Virus genome (UHGV): UHGV-1600942
Reading direction: 5' to 3' (one strand)
Source of the DNA: a virus
Length of the DNA stretch: 18,186 nt
The notes under the pieces were generated by a model. That model was not told the origin of the DNA. It did no database searches and worked only from the letters and a program-made list of their open reading frames with translations. Shown piece by piece: positions 1-7,601 of the stretch. The position numbers and the translations under genes were made by a program. How positions within the stretch are numbered: the first letter of the stretch is position 1; every line of letters starts with the position of its first letter.

Positions 1-1651
1 TAATCAGCGCAACTGCACCATCGATTTTGTTTTCCGCCTGCTCTTTGACGGGCTTCACCACATCATCGTTACCCGGAATGGTTTTGCCGACCACGTTGCC
101 GATACACCAGGTCATGATGGGATTGCCATCATGATGAAAGCGCCCCGATTCAATTGCCGCTTCCAGCTCTTTCATCGGGTCGGACATGTTGGTGTAGTTC
201 TGAATGATAGTGATGGGGTTCAGGTCTTCATCAGCAAGGTCATGTGACAACCCGGTCGCCCCGAAGGGGTCAATGGGTGACTCACTGACCGGGCTGATTT
301 TGTTCGCCGCTTTGGCCTCCTCGAGGATGTAGCGATAATCCACCTCCGCACCATCGGTAACGGTCAGAACGCCCATTTCCACCCATTTCTGAAAGCGTTC
401 GGCTGTCCGTCGATCTTCATTTTTCTCGACGCTGTACACCGTGTCATACGGTACCCAGAAACGCGGGGCCACACTGTAGTAATGCGTTTTACCGTCAATC
501 TCGCGGGTATAAAGTCGCGCCATGCTGTTCATATCCAGCTTACGCGCCAGGTCAAAGGCCAGAATGCACGGCTGCCCCTCGAACTGCTCAAGGGTCAGTG
601 ATTTATCCTCGCAGCTCTGCCAGCTCACCAGGTTGAAATACGCCGAACGCGCCGACACCCAGATATTGAGGTGTTTTGTTTTAAAGACGTTTGCCAGACG
701 GGCGTTATTTTTCGCACGCTGCTGCTGACTTAACAAAAATTCGCGATAAACCGACACGCCAATATTCGGGTTAGCTTTTTCCAGCACCTGCGGGTCGGTC
801 CAGTCATCGCCTTCGTCAACGGTATAGATGATCCCGAACAGTTCATCGTTGGGTACCGACCCGTTGAGCATCTCGATAACTTCCCGTCGCTTGTCGTAGC
901 ACGGCCCCTCAATGTTGTACCCGGCAGTAGTAATGGCCCACATCAGTGGCTGACGTCGCGCCCCCATCCCGGTAAGCATCGTGGTGTAAAGCGCATCGGT
1001 GGCGTGCTCGTGATATTCATCCACCACCGCACAGTGGGGTGATGAACCATCACCGGGGTTACCGATCAGCGGTTCAAACCGCGCGCCATCCTCCGGACGG
1101 TTCATGTTTGAGGCGTTAACCTCAATCCCGAACGCTTCCGTCAGCATGGGCGTGCGTTTACACATCAGTCGCGCCGGGCGAAAGACTTCCCACGCCTGTT
1201 TCTCTGTCGTGGCACCGGAATACACTTCCGCGCCAAACTCGTTATCACAGGCAAAACAATACAGGGCGACACCGGCAGAGATTGCCGATTTGCCGTTCTT
1301 ACGGGGGATTTCGGTATACACCTCCCGGAAGCGGCGCAGCCGGGAGCCTTTATTGACCCAGCCAAACGCACAGCAGATCACAAAGAGCTGCCACGGCTCC
1401 AGCGTGATGGGCATCCTCTTGAATGCCCACTCACCCTTGGTGTGCGGCAACAGCTGAATAAATTTGGCGGCCCGTTCAGCCAGGTCCTTGTCGAAGCGGT
1501 AACGAAACGACTTACTTTTTTCCGCCATCAGGTCATCAAGATGGCGCTGGCAGGCCTGAATCACAAACTGGCAGGCAACAATCTTTCCGCGCACGACATC
1601 CCGGGCATACTGATTGGCAGCATTTACGTTGGGGTAAGATTTCCGGCTCAT
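1..1651 (-). CDS. Phage terminase large subunit (partial; C-terminus lies beyond window start)
   Basis: Uninterrupted minus-strand reading frame from ATG at 1649-1651 to the window edge, translated by hand: [22 protein letters not shown]... with Walker-A-like PRKNGKS and Walker-B-like [11 protein letters not shown] overlaps the stop of the upstream small-subunit gene (ATGA). Not in the ORF track because no stop falls within the window. Confidence 0.85.
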   Translation of the reverse strand, partial: MSRKSYPNVNAANQYARDVVRGKIVACQFVIQACQRHLDDLMAEKSKSFRYRFDKDLAERAAKFIQLLPHTKGEWAFKRMPITLEPWQLFVICCAFGWVNKGSRLRRFREVYTEIPRKNGKSAISAGVALYCFACDNEFGAEVYSGATTEKQAWEVFRPARLMCKRTPMLTEAFGIEVNASNMNRPEDGARFEPLIGNPGDGSSPHCAVVDEYHEHATDALYTTMLTGMGARRQPLMWAITTAGYNIEGPCYDKRREVIEMLNGSVPNDELFGIIYTVDEGDDWTDPQVLEKANPNIGVSVYREFLLSQQQRAKNNARLANVFKTKHLNIWVSARSAYFNLVSWQSCEDKSLTLEQFEGQPCILAFDLARKLDMNSMARLYTREIDGKTHYYSVAPRFWVPYDTVYSVEKNEDRRTAERFQKWVEMGVLTVTDGAEVDYRYILEEAKAANKISPVSESPIDPFGATGLSHDLADEDLNPITIIQNYTNMSDPMKELEAAIESGRFHHDGNPIMTWCIGNVVGKTIPGNDDVVKPVKEQAENKIDGAVALI

Positions 1652-2151
1652 GATTCGATAATTTTCAGAAACGGGTTAGTGGCTTTCTTCTGCCCCGCCA
1701 GGCCAATCAGACGCTGGCGGCTGCTGGGGTCGAGTCCGAGCATTGCCCCCGTACTGCTCATCTCGGACTCCTGTTCTTTTTTGGCGGTCAGCTCCGGATT
1801 TTTGACCATGCCGCCCATTGCACCGGTGATGGTGTTGCCCTGTCTGGCAATATTTTTCACGGCACGTCGCCAGAACTCATAGGCCACGCACCACCGCTCA
1901 AGCACTGCGAGGTCAGTCACGCACAGCAGGCCCTGACCGCAGAGTTCTTTGGTTGTCAGTTGCCACATGATCGTGGCGAGAGGGAGCTCTTCTTCAGCGA
2001 ACCACTCCGGTGGCTCAACACCTTTGATGGGCGTAAAAACGGGTTCATCTTTGTTCAGGGCTCGCTTGCCGGGGTTTCCGGCCAGCGCCTTGCGCGCCGT
2101 TGGCTTGGGGCGACGCCCGGAACGCCCCGCCGTTCCAGCCATATGCGGCAC
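1648..2151 (-). CDS. Phage terminase small subunit (P27-like)
   Basis: 167-aa ORF immediately upstream of and translationally coupled to the large terminase. Track start at 2151 is GTG; internal ATG (MAGTAGRSG..., 2140-2142) is preceded by AGGAG and may be the true start. Basic N-terminus and small size fit TerS. Confidence 0.75.
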   Translation of the reverse strand: MPHMAGTAGRSGRRPKPTARKALAGNPGKRALNKDEPVFTPIKGVEPPEWFAEEELPLATIMWQLTTKELCGQGLLCVTDLAVLERWCVAYEFWRRAVKNIARQGNTITGAMGGMVKNPELTAKKEQESEMSSTGAMLGLDPSSRQRLIGLAGQKKATNPFLKIIES

Positions 2152-2267
2152 TCCTGGTTAAATTTCATTTTTCGCGGGTATAAAAAAACGATGGGGCGGG
2201 CAGTCCGGAAGACGTCAGGTCACAGGGATTTGACCCGCCCCTCCCCTCTGGCAGTGGGAACTGGTTC
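2152..2267. other. Candidate cos / packaging-initiation region (HNH-TerS intergenic)
   Basis: 116-bp non-coding gap between HNH and TerS with A-tract (tataaaaaaa, 2180-2189) and GC-rich inverted repeat GGGGCGGG (2193-2200) / CCCGCCCC (2234-2241). In HK97-type phages cos sits between the terminal HNH gene and terS. Confidence 0.25.
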
Positions 2268-2618
2268 TTACTTCAGCCGTTCACGGGCCGTCTTCGCCTT
2301 ATGACACGGCCAGCACAAACTCTGCAGATTACTGTCGACATCAGTGCCGCCATGCGATTTAGGGATGATGTGGTCAACGGTCTTCGCCTCACGCACCACA
2401 CCAGCACGCAGACATAACTGACACAGGCCTTTGTCACGCTTCAGGACACGCGCGCGGATACTGTCCCACTTCGAACCGTAGCCGCGCTGATGACGTGACA
2501 GGCCTGGTTTGTATTGCTTCCAGCCTTCGCTTTTGTGGCTTTCGCAATAGCCTGACGGGTCAGTAGTGGTATTGCGGCAACCGCGAACGCGGCAGGCTTT
2601 TGGTGTACGTGGTGGCAT
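2268..2618 (-). CDS. HNH endonuclease (terminase-associated)
   Basis: Track ORF 2268..2705; likely start MPPRTPKACRVRGC... at ATG 2616-2618 with AAGGAAA SD 8 nt upstream. Cys pairs (CRVRGC, CQLC, CWPCH) and H/N residues (DHIIPKSHGG, DSNLQSL) fit the HNH zinc-finger nuclease fold. Confidence 0.8.
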   Translation of the reverse strand: MPPRTPKACRVRGCRNTTTDPSGYCESHKSEGWKQYKPGLSRHQRGYGSKWDSIRARVLKRDKGLCQLCLRAGVVREAKTVDHIIPKSHGGTDVDSNLQSLCWPCHKAKTARERLK

Positions 2619-2691
2619 TAATTGTTTCCTTAAGCCATTACGATGCGTCTGAAAATGAGTTAATCTGAAAATTCCTTCACTATGCGAGAGC

Positions 2692-2997
2692 ATGACAATG
2701 GTCATAGGACAAGAAGATCAGAAATGCTGCCCGGCTTGCAATTCAGATGCGACCTGGCAGAACCGTGATACCGCTTGGTTAATTAGATGCCCGATGTGTG
2801 AAACATTTCTCATCAGGAATTCCACCATTGAAATTTTGCGAAGTGACGTTGTGTATCGGACATTAGCTGGTGACCTTCTCAAACAAGAAGGTGGGTGTGA
2901 CTACATGCTTACAAGAGGAAGGCTTGCGAACTTCGCGAAAACCCAGCTCCCAAAATCAAAGTTTCAGGAATACTTCCCTGGTGACAACTACGAATAA
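2692..2997 (+). CDS. Hypothetical zinc-ribbon protein (opposite-strand moron at the bor-like position)
   Basis: 101-aa plus-strand ORF filling the only gap (2619-3036) with no minus-strand ORF. Two CxxC pairs (CCPACNS...CPMCET). Weak SD; 9-bp direct repeat tctgaaaat at 2648-2656 and 2664-2672 upstream. Confidence 0.45.
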   Translation: MTMVIGQEDQKCCPACNSDATWQNRDTAWLIRCPMCETFLIRNSTIEILRSDVVYRTLAGDLLKQEGGCDYMLTRGRLANFAKTQLPKSKFQEYFPGDNYE

Positions 2998-3037
2998 GCC
3001 ATTACAAAGCCCACCCGCAGATGAGCTTTGTAATGGC
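2998..3037. terminator. 13-bp perfect inverted repeat hairpin between convergent ORF101 and Rz1
   Basis: GCCATTACAAAGC (2998-3010) ... GCTTTGTAATGGC (3025-3037), 14-nt loop. Sits exactly between the 3' ends of two convergent genes. Confidence 0.4.
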
Positions 3038-3294
3038 TACTGTGAGTTGCGTGACGTTTCTATCTTCCTGATACTGGCCTTGTCGATGTTGCACTGGCCC
3101 AGCGCCGAAAGCAGGCTCACATTCAGATCCAGACTGGCCCCATAGGTCAGCGGGTCGGGAATGACTGGCTGGGGCGTTTCAGTGGTCAGGCTTGTTGGCA
3201 GCGGTACCGCCGGAACCGGCACGTAAACTGTTCGCGTACTTCCGCAACCGGTCAGCAGCGGCAGCAGGCACATGACGTGAAGCACAATCATCAT
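3037..3294 (-). CDS. Rz1-like o-spanin (outer-membrane lipoprotein), overlapped architecture
   Basis: Alternate frame overlapping the 3' end of Rz and extending past it. Candidate start MMIVLHVMCLLPLLTGC with lipobox LLTGC; Pro-rich mature region (PVPAVPLPTSLTTETPQPVIPDP) typical of o-spanins. Confidence 0.6.
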   Translation of the reverse strand: MMIVLHVMCLLPLLTGCGSTRTVYVPVPAVPLPTSLTTETPQPVIPDPLTYGASLDLNVSLLSALGQCNIDKASIRKIETSRNSQ

Positions 3295-3571
3295 CCGCAA
3301 CAGCCACTTTGATATCTTCCTGGGTTCTCTGTGACTCCAGTGCGATCTGCTGTTTTGCATGCTGGTTAGCCTCTATAACTGTATTGATGATTTGCAGTGA
3401 TTGCAGAACGTTACGGGTAATGGCAGTTGCTGATTCAGCATTTCGTACAGCCTCATCAGCACGCTCCTTTTCGTGCTGATATTTGCTGTAGTAATGTCCA
3501 GCAGACCAGATGAAGGAACCAATGACGCTAACAACGAAGGCAACAATAACCAGCTTATATCTCAGCCTCAT
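3179..3571 (-). CDS. Rz-like i-spanin
   Basis: 130-aa ORF directly downstream of the endolysin, overlapping its 3' end. N-terminal TM segment (LVIVAFVVSVIGSFIW) followed by a charged, coiled-coil-like periplasmic domain. Confidence 0.8.
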   Translation of the reverse strand: MRLRYKLVIVAFVVSVIGSFIWSAGHYYSKYQHEKERADEAVRNAESATAITRNVLQSLQIINTVIEANQHAKQQIALESQRTQEDIKVAVADDDCASRHVPAAAADRLRKYANSLRAGSGGTAANKPDH

Positions 3572-4031
3572 TTACTACCCCACCAGCTTTTTTAAATCGG
3601 GCAATCAGGTCACCGATTTTATGTTCATACTGACCGTAACCTGCACCAGGTAACGACGCCCAGATATTGCTGCAACGGTCGATTGCCTGACGAATACTGC
3701 CGCGGTCAATCATCGGTAAAGCACCACGCTCTTTAATCTGCTGCAGAGCTACAGCGTCCTGGCTTTCTGGAGAAAAATCTTTCAGGCCAAGCTGTTTACG
3801 GTAAGCATCCCACCAGCGTGAAAGAAGCTGGTAACGTCCGGCAGCTGTTGATTTGAGTTTGGGGTTTAGCGTGACAAGTTTGCGAGGGTGATCGGAGTAA
3901 TCAGTGAACAGTTCGCCACCAACAATAACATCATAACCGTGGTTACGTGTCGGTTGTCGCCCGTTATCCGTTCCTTCTGACCATGCCACCATATCCAGGA
4001 AAGCTTTACGCTGGGAATTTAGTGCCTGCAT
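3555..4031 (-). CDS. R: Endolysin, lambda R-type lytic transglycosylase
   Basis: 158 aa, near-identical over its length to lambda R as I recall it (QRKAFLDM.AWSEGTDNGRQ.TRNHGYDVIVGGELFTDYSDHPRK...). AAGGAG SD 6 nt upstream of ATG. Confidence 0.95.
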   Translation of the reverse strand: MQALNSQRKAFLDMVAWSEGTDNGRQPTRNHGYDVIVGGELFTDYSDHPRKLVTLNPKLKSTAAGRYQLLSRWWDAYRKQLGLKDFSPESQDAVALQQIKERGALPMIDRGSIRQAIDRCSNIWASLPGAGYGQYEHKIGDLIARFKKAGGVVNEAEI

Positions 4032-4034
4032 AAA

Positions 4035-4370
4035 TTACTCCTTCGAGCTACCAAATTTGTTACCGATTACTCGCATTGCAGCCCCACGAATAGCATCGAC
4101 ACCGATCAGCCCCACGCCACCACCAATGGCAACAGAAAGCGATTTAGGCCATCCGACATATTCAAGAGCGGATGCAAAGGTCAGCGTCAGAGCGCCACAT
4201 AGCAAAATCTCGAGCGTTTTTCGCTTCCAGCCACCACCACCGCCAAAATAGGCGATGCGCAAACCAGCCATAACGATCGACATAATCACTGCACCCAGCG
4301 GTGTGTCTCCACGCCACCAGCTCTGAAACAACTCCAGCCAGTCCGGCCAGGTATTTGGGTTATGAGACAT
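4035..4370 (-). CDS. S: Holin, lambda S-like class I
   Basis: Track ORF 4035..4466; likely start MSHNPNTW... at ATG 4368-4370 with GAGGTGA SD. Three hydrophobic segments and a charged C-terminus; sits immediately upstream of R. Confidence 0.8.
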   Translation of the reverse strand: MSHNPNTWPDWLELFQSWWRGDTPLGAVIMSIVMAGLRIAYFGGGGGWKRKTLEILLCGALTLTFASALEYVGWPKSLSVAIGGGVGLIGVDAIRGAAMRVIGNKFGSSKE

Positions 4371-4410
4371 TTCGTCATCTCTCACCTCGCGATATTTGCG
4401 GGTGCTGTGT

Positions 4411-4439
4411 TGGAAATAAAAAGGCCACGCAACGTGGCC
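4411..4439 (-). terminator. Rho-independent terminator (minus strand) between methyltransferase and holin
   Basis: Stem GGCCACG (4423-4429) / CGTGGCC (4433-4439) with 3-nt loop; on the minus strand it is followed by TTTTTATTTCC. Confidence 0.6.
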
Positions 4440-4446
4440 ACCAGAA

Positions 4447-5499
4447 TTATTTCCCCACCAGTTCACTTACCTCTTTCACCGTCTGATTAAACCGCTCTGA
4501 CTCAAGTTCAACACCTAACGCCCGACGCCCCAGCGCCATTGCTGCTTTTATTGTGGAACCGGATCCCATAAAGAAATCAGCAACCAGATCACCAGGTCGA
4601 CTACTGGCATTGATTATTTGCCGGAGCATATCCGCCGGTTTCTCGCACGGATGTTTACCCGGGTAGAACTGAACGGGCTTATGCGTCCAGACATCGGTAT
4701 AAGGCACGGAGACTGATACGGAGAAATAGCGCCGGAGAGATTTAAACTCATCCAGCAATTCAGAATATTTGCGATTCAGTGAATCATAAGATGCCACCAG
4801 CTGGTGGTGTGGTTGTTCCAGTTGTTGTTCCTGAAACTTCTCTGCCGCTATACGGGAAAACAGTGCCTGTAACTTCCGATAGTCAGCCTCATTCGGCAAC
4901 TGCCACTGACTGGCACCAAACCAGTGGGAAACCATATTTTTCTTACCTGTGGCTTCGGCAATTTGTTTTGCCGTTATACCCAGTTCGGCACGAGCATCCC
5001 TGAAATACGATATCAGCGGTGCCATTATGTGCTGTTTGAGTTCCCTTTCTTTTGCCGCATAGCCGTCACTTTTGCCGCGATATGGCCCCTGGTAATGTTC
5101 AGCAAACAGAACGCGCTCTGTGGCAGGAAAATATGCGCGCAGACTTTCTTTATTACACCCATTCCAACGTCCGGACGGCTTCGCCCAGATGATATGGTTA
5201 AGCACGTTGAAACGTTCACGCATCATGATCTCAATATCAGATGCCAGGCGATGCCCACAGAACAGGTAAAGGCTTCCGGCAGGTTTCAACACCCGCCAGA
5301 ACTGGGCCAGACAGTGGTCCAGCCACTTAAGGTAATCTTCGTCCCCTTTCCACTGATTGTCCCAACCGTTAGGTTTCACCTTGAAGTAAGGCGGATCGGT
5401 AACAATCAGGTCAATGGAATCATCAGGCAGGGACTGAATAAAATGCAGGCAATCAGCGTTGATTAAATCAACACTGTTTATTTTTACAGTATTTTTCAT
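4447..5499 (-). CDS. Orphan DNA methyltransferase, beta-class (N6-adenine or N4-cytosine)
   Basis: 350 aa with motif IV DPPY (LIVTDPPYF) near the N-terminus and AdoMet-binding FxGxG (FFMGSGST) near the C-terminus. That motif order is the beta-class permutation. No restriction endonuclease partner is present. Confidence 0.85.
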   Translation of the reverse strand: MKNTVKINSVDLINADCLHFIQSLPDDSIDLIVTDPPYFKVKPNGWDNQWKGDEDYLKWLDHCLAQFWRVLKPAGSLYLFCGHRLASDIEIMMRERFNVLNHIIWAKPSGRWNGCNKESLRAYFPATERVLFAEHYQGPYRGKSDGYAAKERELKQHIMAPLISYFRDARAELGITAKQIAEATGKKNMVSHWFGASQWQLPNEADYRKLQALFSRIAAEKFQEQQLEQPHHQLVASYDSLNRKYSELLDEFKSLRRYFSVSVSVPYTDVWTHKPVQFYPGKHPCEKPADMLRQIINASSRPGDLVADFFMGSGSTIKAAMALGRRALGVELESERFNQTVKEVSELVGK

Positions 5500-5649
5500 G
5501 GATCAGTAAGCGTAACTCTGGTAGGCTCACTCTGCTTTTGCGCTAAAGCAGTGGGCCGTGGTTCGCTTGTGACCAGTAAGCATGAGCGAATGGCTGGCAG
5601 GTGCTACCAACACCCACCAGCCGCCCATTTTCACAGCAGGAAACCGCCA

Positions 5650-5877
5650 TTACTGGCAGCGTCTGAATTTATTCCCATACCCGCCGTTATCCTTCGCCAG
5701 ACCCGCCAGAACTAACTGAGTCAGTATTAACTGGCACCGGGCTTCGCTTACTCCGGTAGTTCTCGTCATCATGCGTGGCGTTACCCACTTGTCAGCAGGT
5801 AAGAAATGAAGGACTACGGCGGCGGTTTCTGTCATATCTTGCTGTTTTAGCATGTCTTTTTCCCTTCTGGTTAACAT
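5650..5877 (-). CDS. Hypothetical small protein, possible winged-helix regulator
   Basis: 75-aa ORF upstream of and co-oriented with the methyltransferase. Alternative start at M9 has AGAAGGGA SD. HTH-like segment TRTTGVSEARCQLILTQLVLAGL. Confidence 0.45.
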   Translation of the reverse strand: MLTRREKDMLKQQDMTETAAVVLHFLPADKWVTPRMMTRTTGVSEARCQLILTQLVLAGLAKDNGGYGNKFRRCQ

Positions 5878-5975
5878 GACATACCAATAACTCTTGTCTA
5901 AAAAGCCAGCAAGATAAAAAGTCAGTATTCACGACCACCAGCGTGTTTACTGTACTGCACCAAGTTTACAGGTAC

Positions 5976-6000
5976 AAAAAAACCGCTCAGCGGCGGGTTT
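5976..6000. terminator. Candidate tR'-like hairpin flanked by A-run and T-run
   Basis: AAAAAAA-CCGC-tca-GCGG-cgggTTT; reads on the minus strand as hairpin followed by T7. Stem is short (4 bp), so strength is uncertain. Confidence 0.35.
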
Positions 6001-6172
6001 AAGCTGTGTGGCGAAGTAACCACTCTTAACACAGTAATCTAGAAAATGCGGACCGCGTTAGTGATTTTTATCTGTTTTTCCATTATTTTTTTGCCACACA
6101 ACTTAAAACGAAAAATAAAGCAGGCGTTGCCAAACCTCACGGTGACAGTTGGCTTAGAATGAGGACATACTT

Positions 6173-7192
6173 TTGGATAAGTTTGATGAGATTCATGTAG
6201 ACATTGAATCTGAGCAGCAAGCCTTCGATTTGCTTGAAAGCTATCTTGATGGTTATGGTTTACCTGACAGTTTAAGTTTCAACGGATGGCCAAACCTTAC
6301 CATCAGATTAACCGGTGAAAAATTCAACAGATCGCTAACACCTTCAGTTATGAAGGGATTTGTTGAAATGCAAGCTCAAATCAACAAATCATATGCCCTT
6401 GCCAAGTACGGTGTCCCTGACGTCCGCAAACTGACCAAAGAAGAACTTGATGCCCTAGAAATAGAAGTTACGGTAGAACAGGGTTCTTCAATAGTAGAAA
6501 TCAACATTGATGGCTTTTTAACCAAACTCACACAGGAACTTGTTGGTAAAATGAACGCAACTGAGATCATGTTTACTGTTCTCGGCGCAGCAGTCATCTG
6601 GGGCGGAGTAACAGTATTTAAACGGTTCTTGGACAACCGCAAAGATATTCGCCTTGCAGAAATTGCTAAGGATGGAGAGAAAGAACATCTCCGGACTATG
6701 CAGATCATGAGCGAGCAAGAAACTAAACGCCTGCGGGTTATTTCAGAAATGATTGCGGAAAAACCACTTCTCGATAACATGGACCGTATGTCGTATGACG
6801 CTAAAACCCAAATGGTCAAATCCTTTGTGCGTTCAGATAACGCTCAAATTGATGGCGTTACTATTGATTCTGAAATGGCGAAAGAGTTGGTTACGAATGC
6901 TCGTAGACGTTCATCAGAAATGAGGATTGATGGTATTTACCGAATTGAAGAAGTCAATAATACTGACCCAGAGAGTTTCAAAGTTAAGGTCCGACGCGTA
7001 GATACCGACCAACGTCTAACCTGCGTAGTTCAGGATGTTTTCCTTGATGAATCCGGAAACAAAGAAGCATTGCAGCGAGCTGAGTGGGAAAGAAAGCCTG
7101 TACATTTGAGCATTAACGCAAAACACGTCGATGGTGACATTAAGTCAGCAGTAATTCTCTATGTTCGAGATGTGGAACAAAAGCCCGAGTAA
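6173..7192 (+). CDS. Hypothetical 339-aa single-pass membrane protein (AT-rich cargo gene)
   Basis: Long plus-strand ORF on the opposite strand to all flanking phage genes. TTG start at 6173 preceded by GAGGA SD with 7-nt spacer. One hydrophobic segment (EIMFTVLGAAVIWGGVTVF) between an acidic N-terminal domain and a charged C-terminal domain. Visibly lower GC than neighbours. I recognise no family. Confidence 0.7.
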   Translation: MDKFDEIHVDIESEQQAFDLLESYLDGYGLPDSLSFNGWPNLTIRLTGEKFNRSLTPSVMKGFVEMQAQINKSYALAKYGVPDVRKLTKEELDALEIEVTVEQGSSIVEINIDGFLTKLTQELVGKMNATEIMFTVLGAAVIWGGVTVFKRFLDNRKDIRLAEIAKDGEKEHLRTMQIMSEQETKRLRVISEMIAEKPLLDNMDRMSYDAKTQMVKSFVRSDNAQIDGVTIDSEMAKELVTNARRRSSEMRIDGIYRIEEVNNTDPESFKVKVRRVDTDQRLTCVVQDVFLDESGNKEALQRAEWERKPVHLSINAKHVDGDIKSAVILYVRDVEQKPE

Positions 7193-7199
7193 TCGGGCT
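7182..7199. terminator. Hairpin between convergent ORF339 and Q
   Basis: AGCCCGA-gtaa-TCGGGCT; the ORF339 stop codon TAA (7190-7192) lies in the loop and the Q stop is 8 nt away. Confidence 0.4.
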
Positions 7200-7206
7200 T
7201 CAATAA

Positions 7207-7584
7207 TCAATCTTTAACTTCGGGGTCCATCTCTAGACTAATTTCCAACATCGATAGGCAGCCATCAATAAACCCCTCAGCCATCTGTATCTCAATGCGT
7301 ATTAGTTTCTCATCCTTTTTACGAGCCTTGGCGAGCTTTCTTTTAGAGATACCGTATAGGTAATGGGCAACAAGAAGCGAGTGTTCTTCAGGTCTTTTTT
7401 GCTTTAGACGAGCAAGACAACCTTCAATAATTAATGCATCACTATCTGAACAAGCCTGACGTGTTTTGCTTGTATAGGGAAGAAGCCCTTTAAACCCAGC
7501 AGCTATAGGCGAATAGTCTACCCCAGAACTATCACTCGCCGCCCATGCCCCCCAACGATCCAGAACCATCTGAATATCACGCAT
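7207..7584 (-). CDS. Q: Late-gene antiterminator Q (phage 82/21-type)
   Basis: Track ORF 7207..7599 (TTG); likely start MRDIQMVLDRWGAWAA... at ATG 7582-7584 with GGAGA SD. The N-terminal motif matches what I recall for Q antiterminators of lambdoid prophages. Confidence 0.8.
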   Translation of the reverse strand: MRDIQMVLDRWGAWAASDSSGVDYSPIAAGFKGLLPYTSKTRQACSDSDALIIEGCLARLKQKRPEEHSLLVAHYLYGISKRKLAKARKKDEKLIRIEIQMAEGFIDGCLSMLEISLEMDPEVKD

Positions 7585-7601
7585 CAACTTTCTCCACAAA
7601 A

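Noticed and set aside
1104-2304. Plus-strand ORFs (1104..1457, 1442..1882, 1949..2161, 1960..2304) overlapping the terminase genes
   Set aside because: They are antisense to long, well-supported minus-strand terminase reading frames, lack RBSs, and have Arg/Ser/Pro-rich shadow-ORF composition.
2870-3145. 91-aa plus-strand ORF overlapping the end of ORF101 and the Rz1 region
   Set aside because: Overlaps the Rz1 lipoprotein frame and the 13-bp hairpin; no RBS; low-complexity composition.
5500-6172. Search for tRNA genes, which often accompany cargo between Q and the lysis genes in Stx-type phages
   Set aside because: No T-loop-like GGTTCGA(A/G)TCC motif or cloverleaf-compatible segment seen by eye; cannot fully exclude without tRNAscan.
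6376-6819. 147-aa minus-strand ORF inside the 339-aa gene
   Set aside because: Antisense shadow of the longer plus-strand ORF, Ser/Arg-rich, no RBS.
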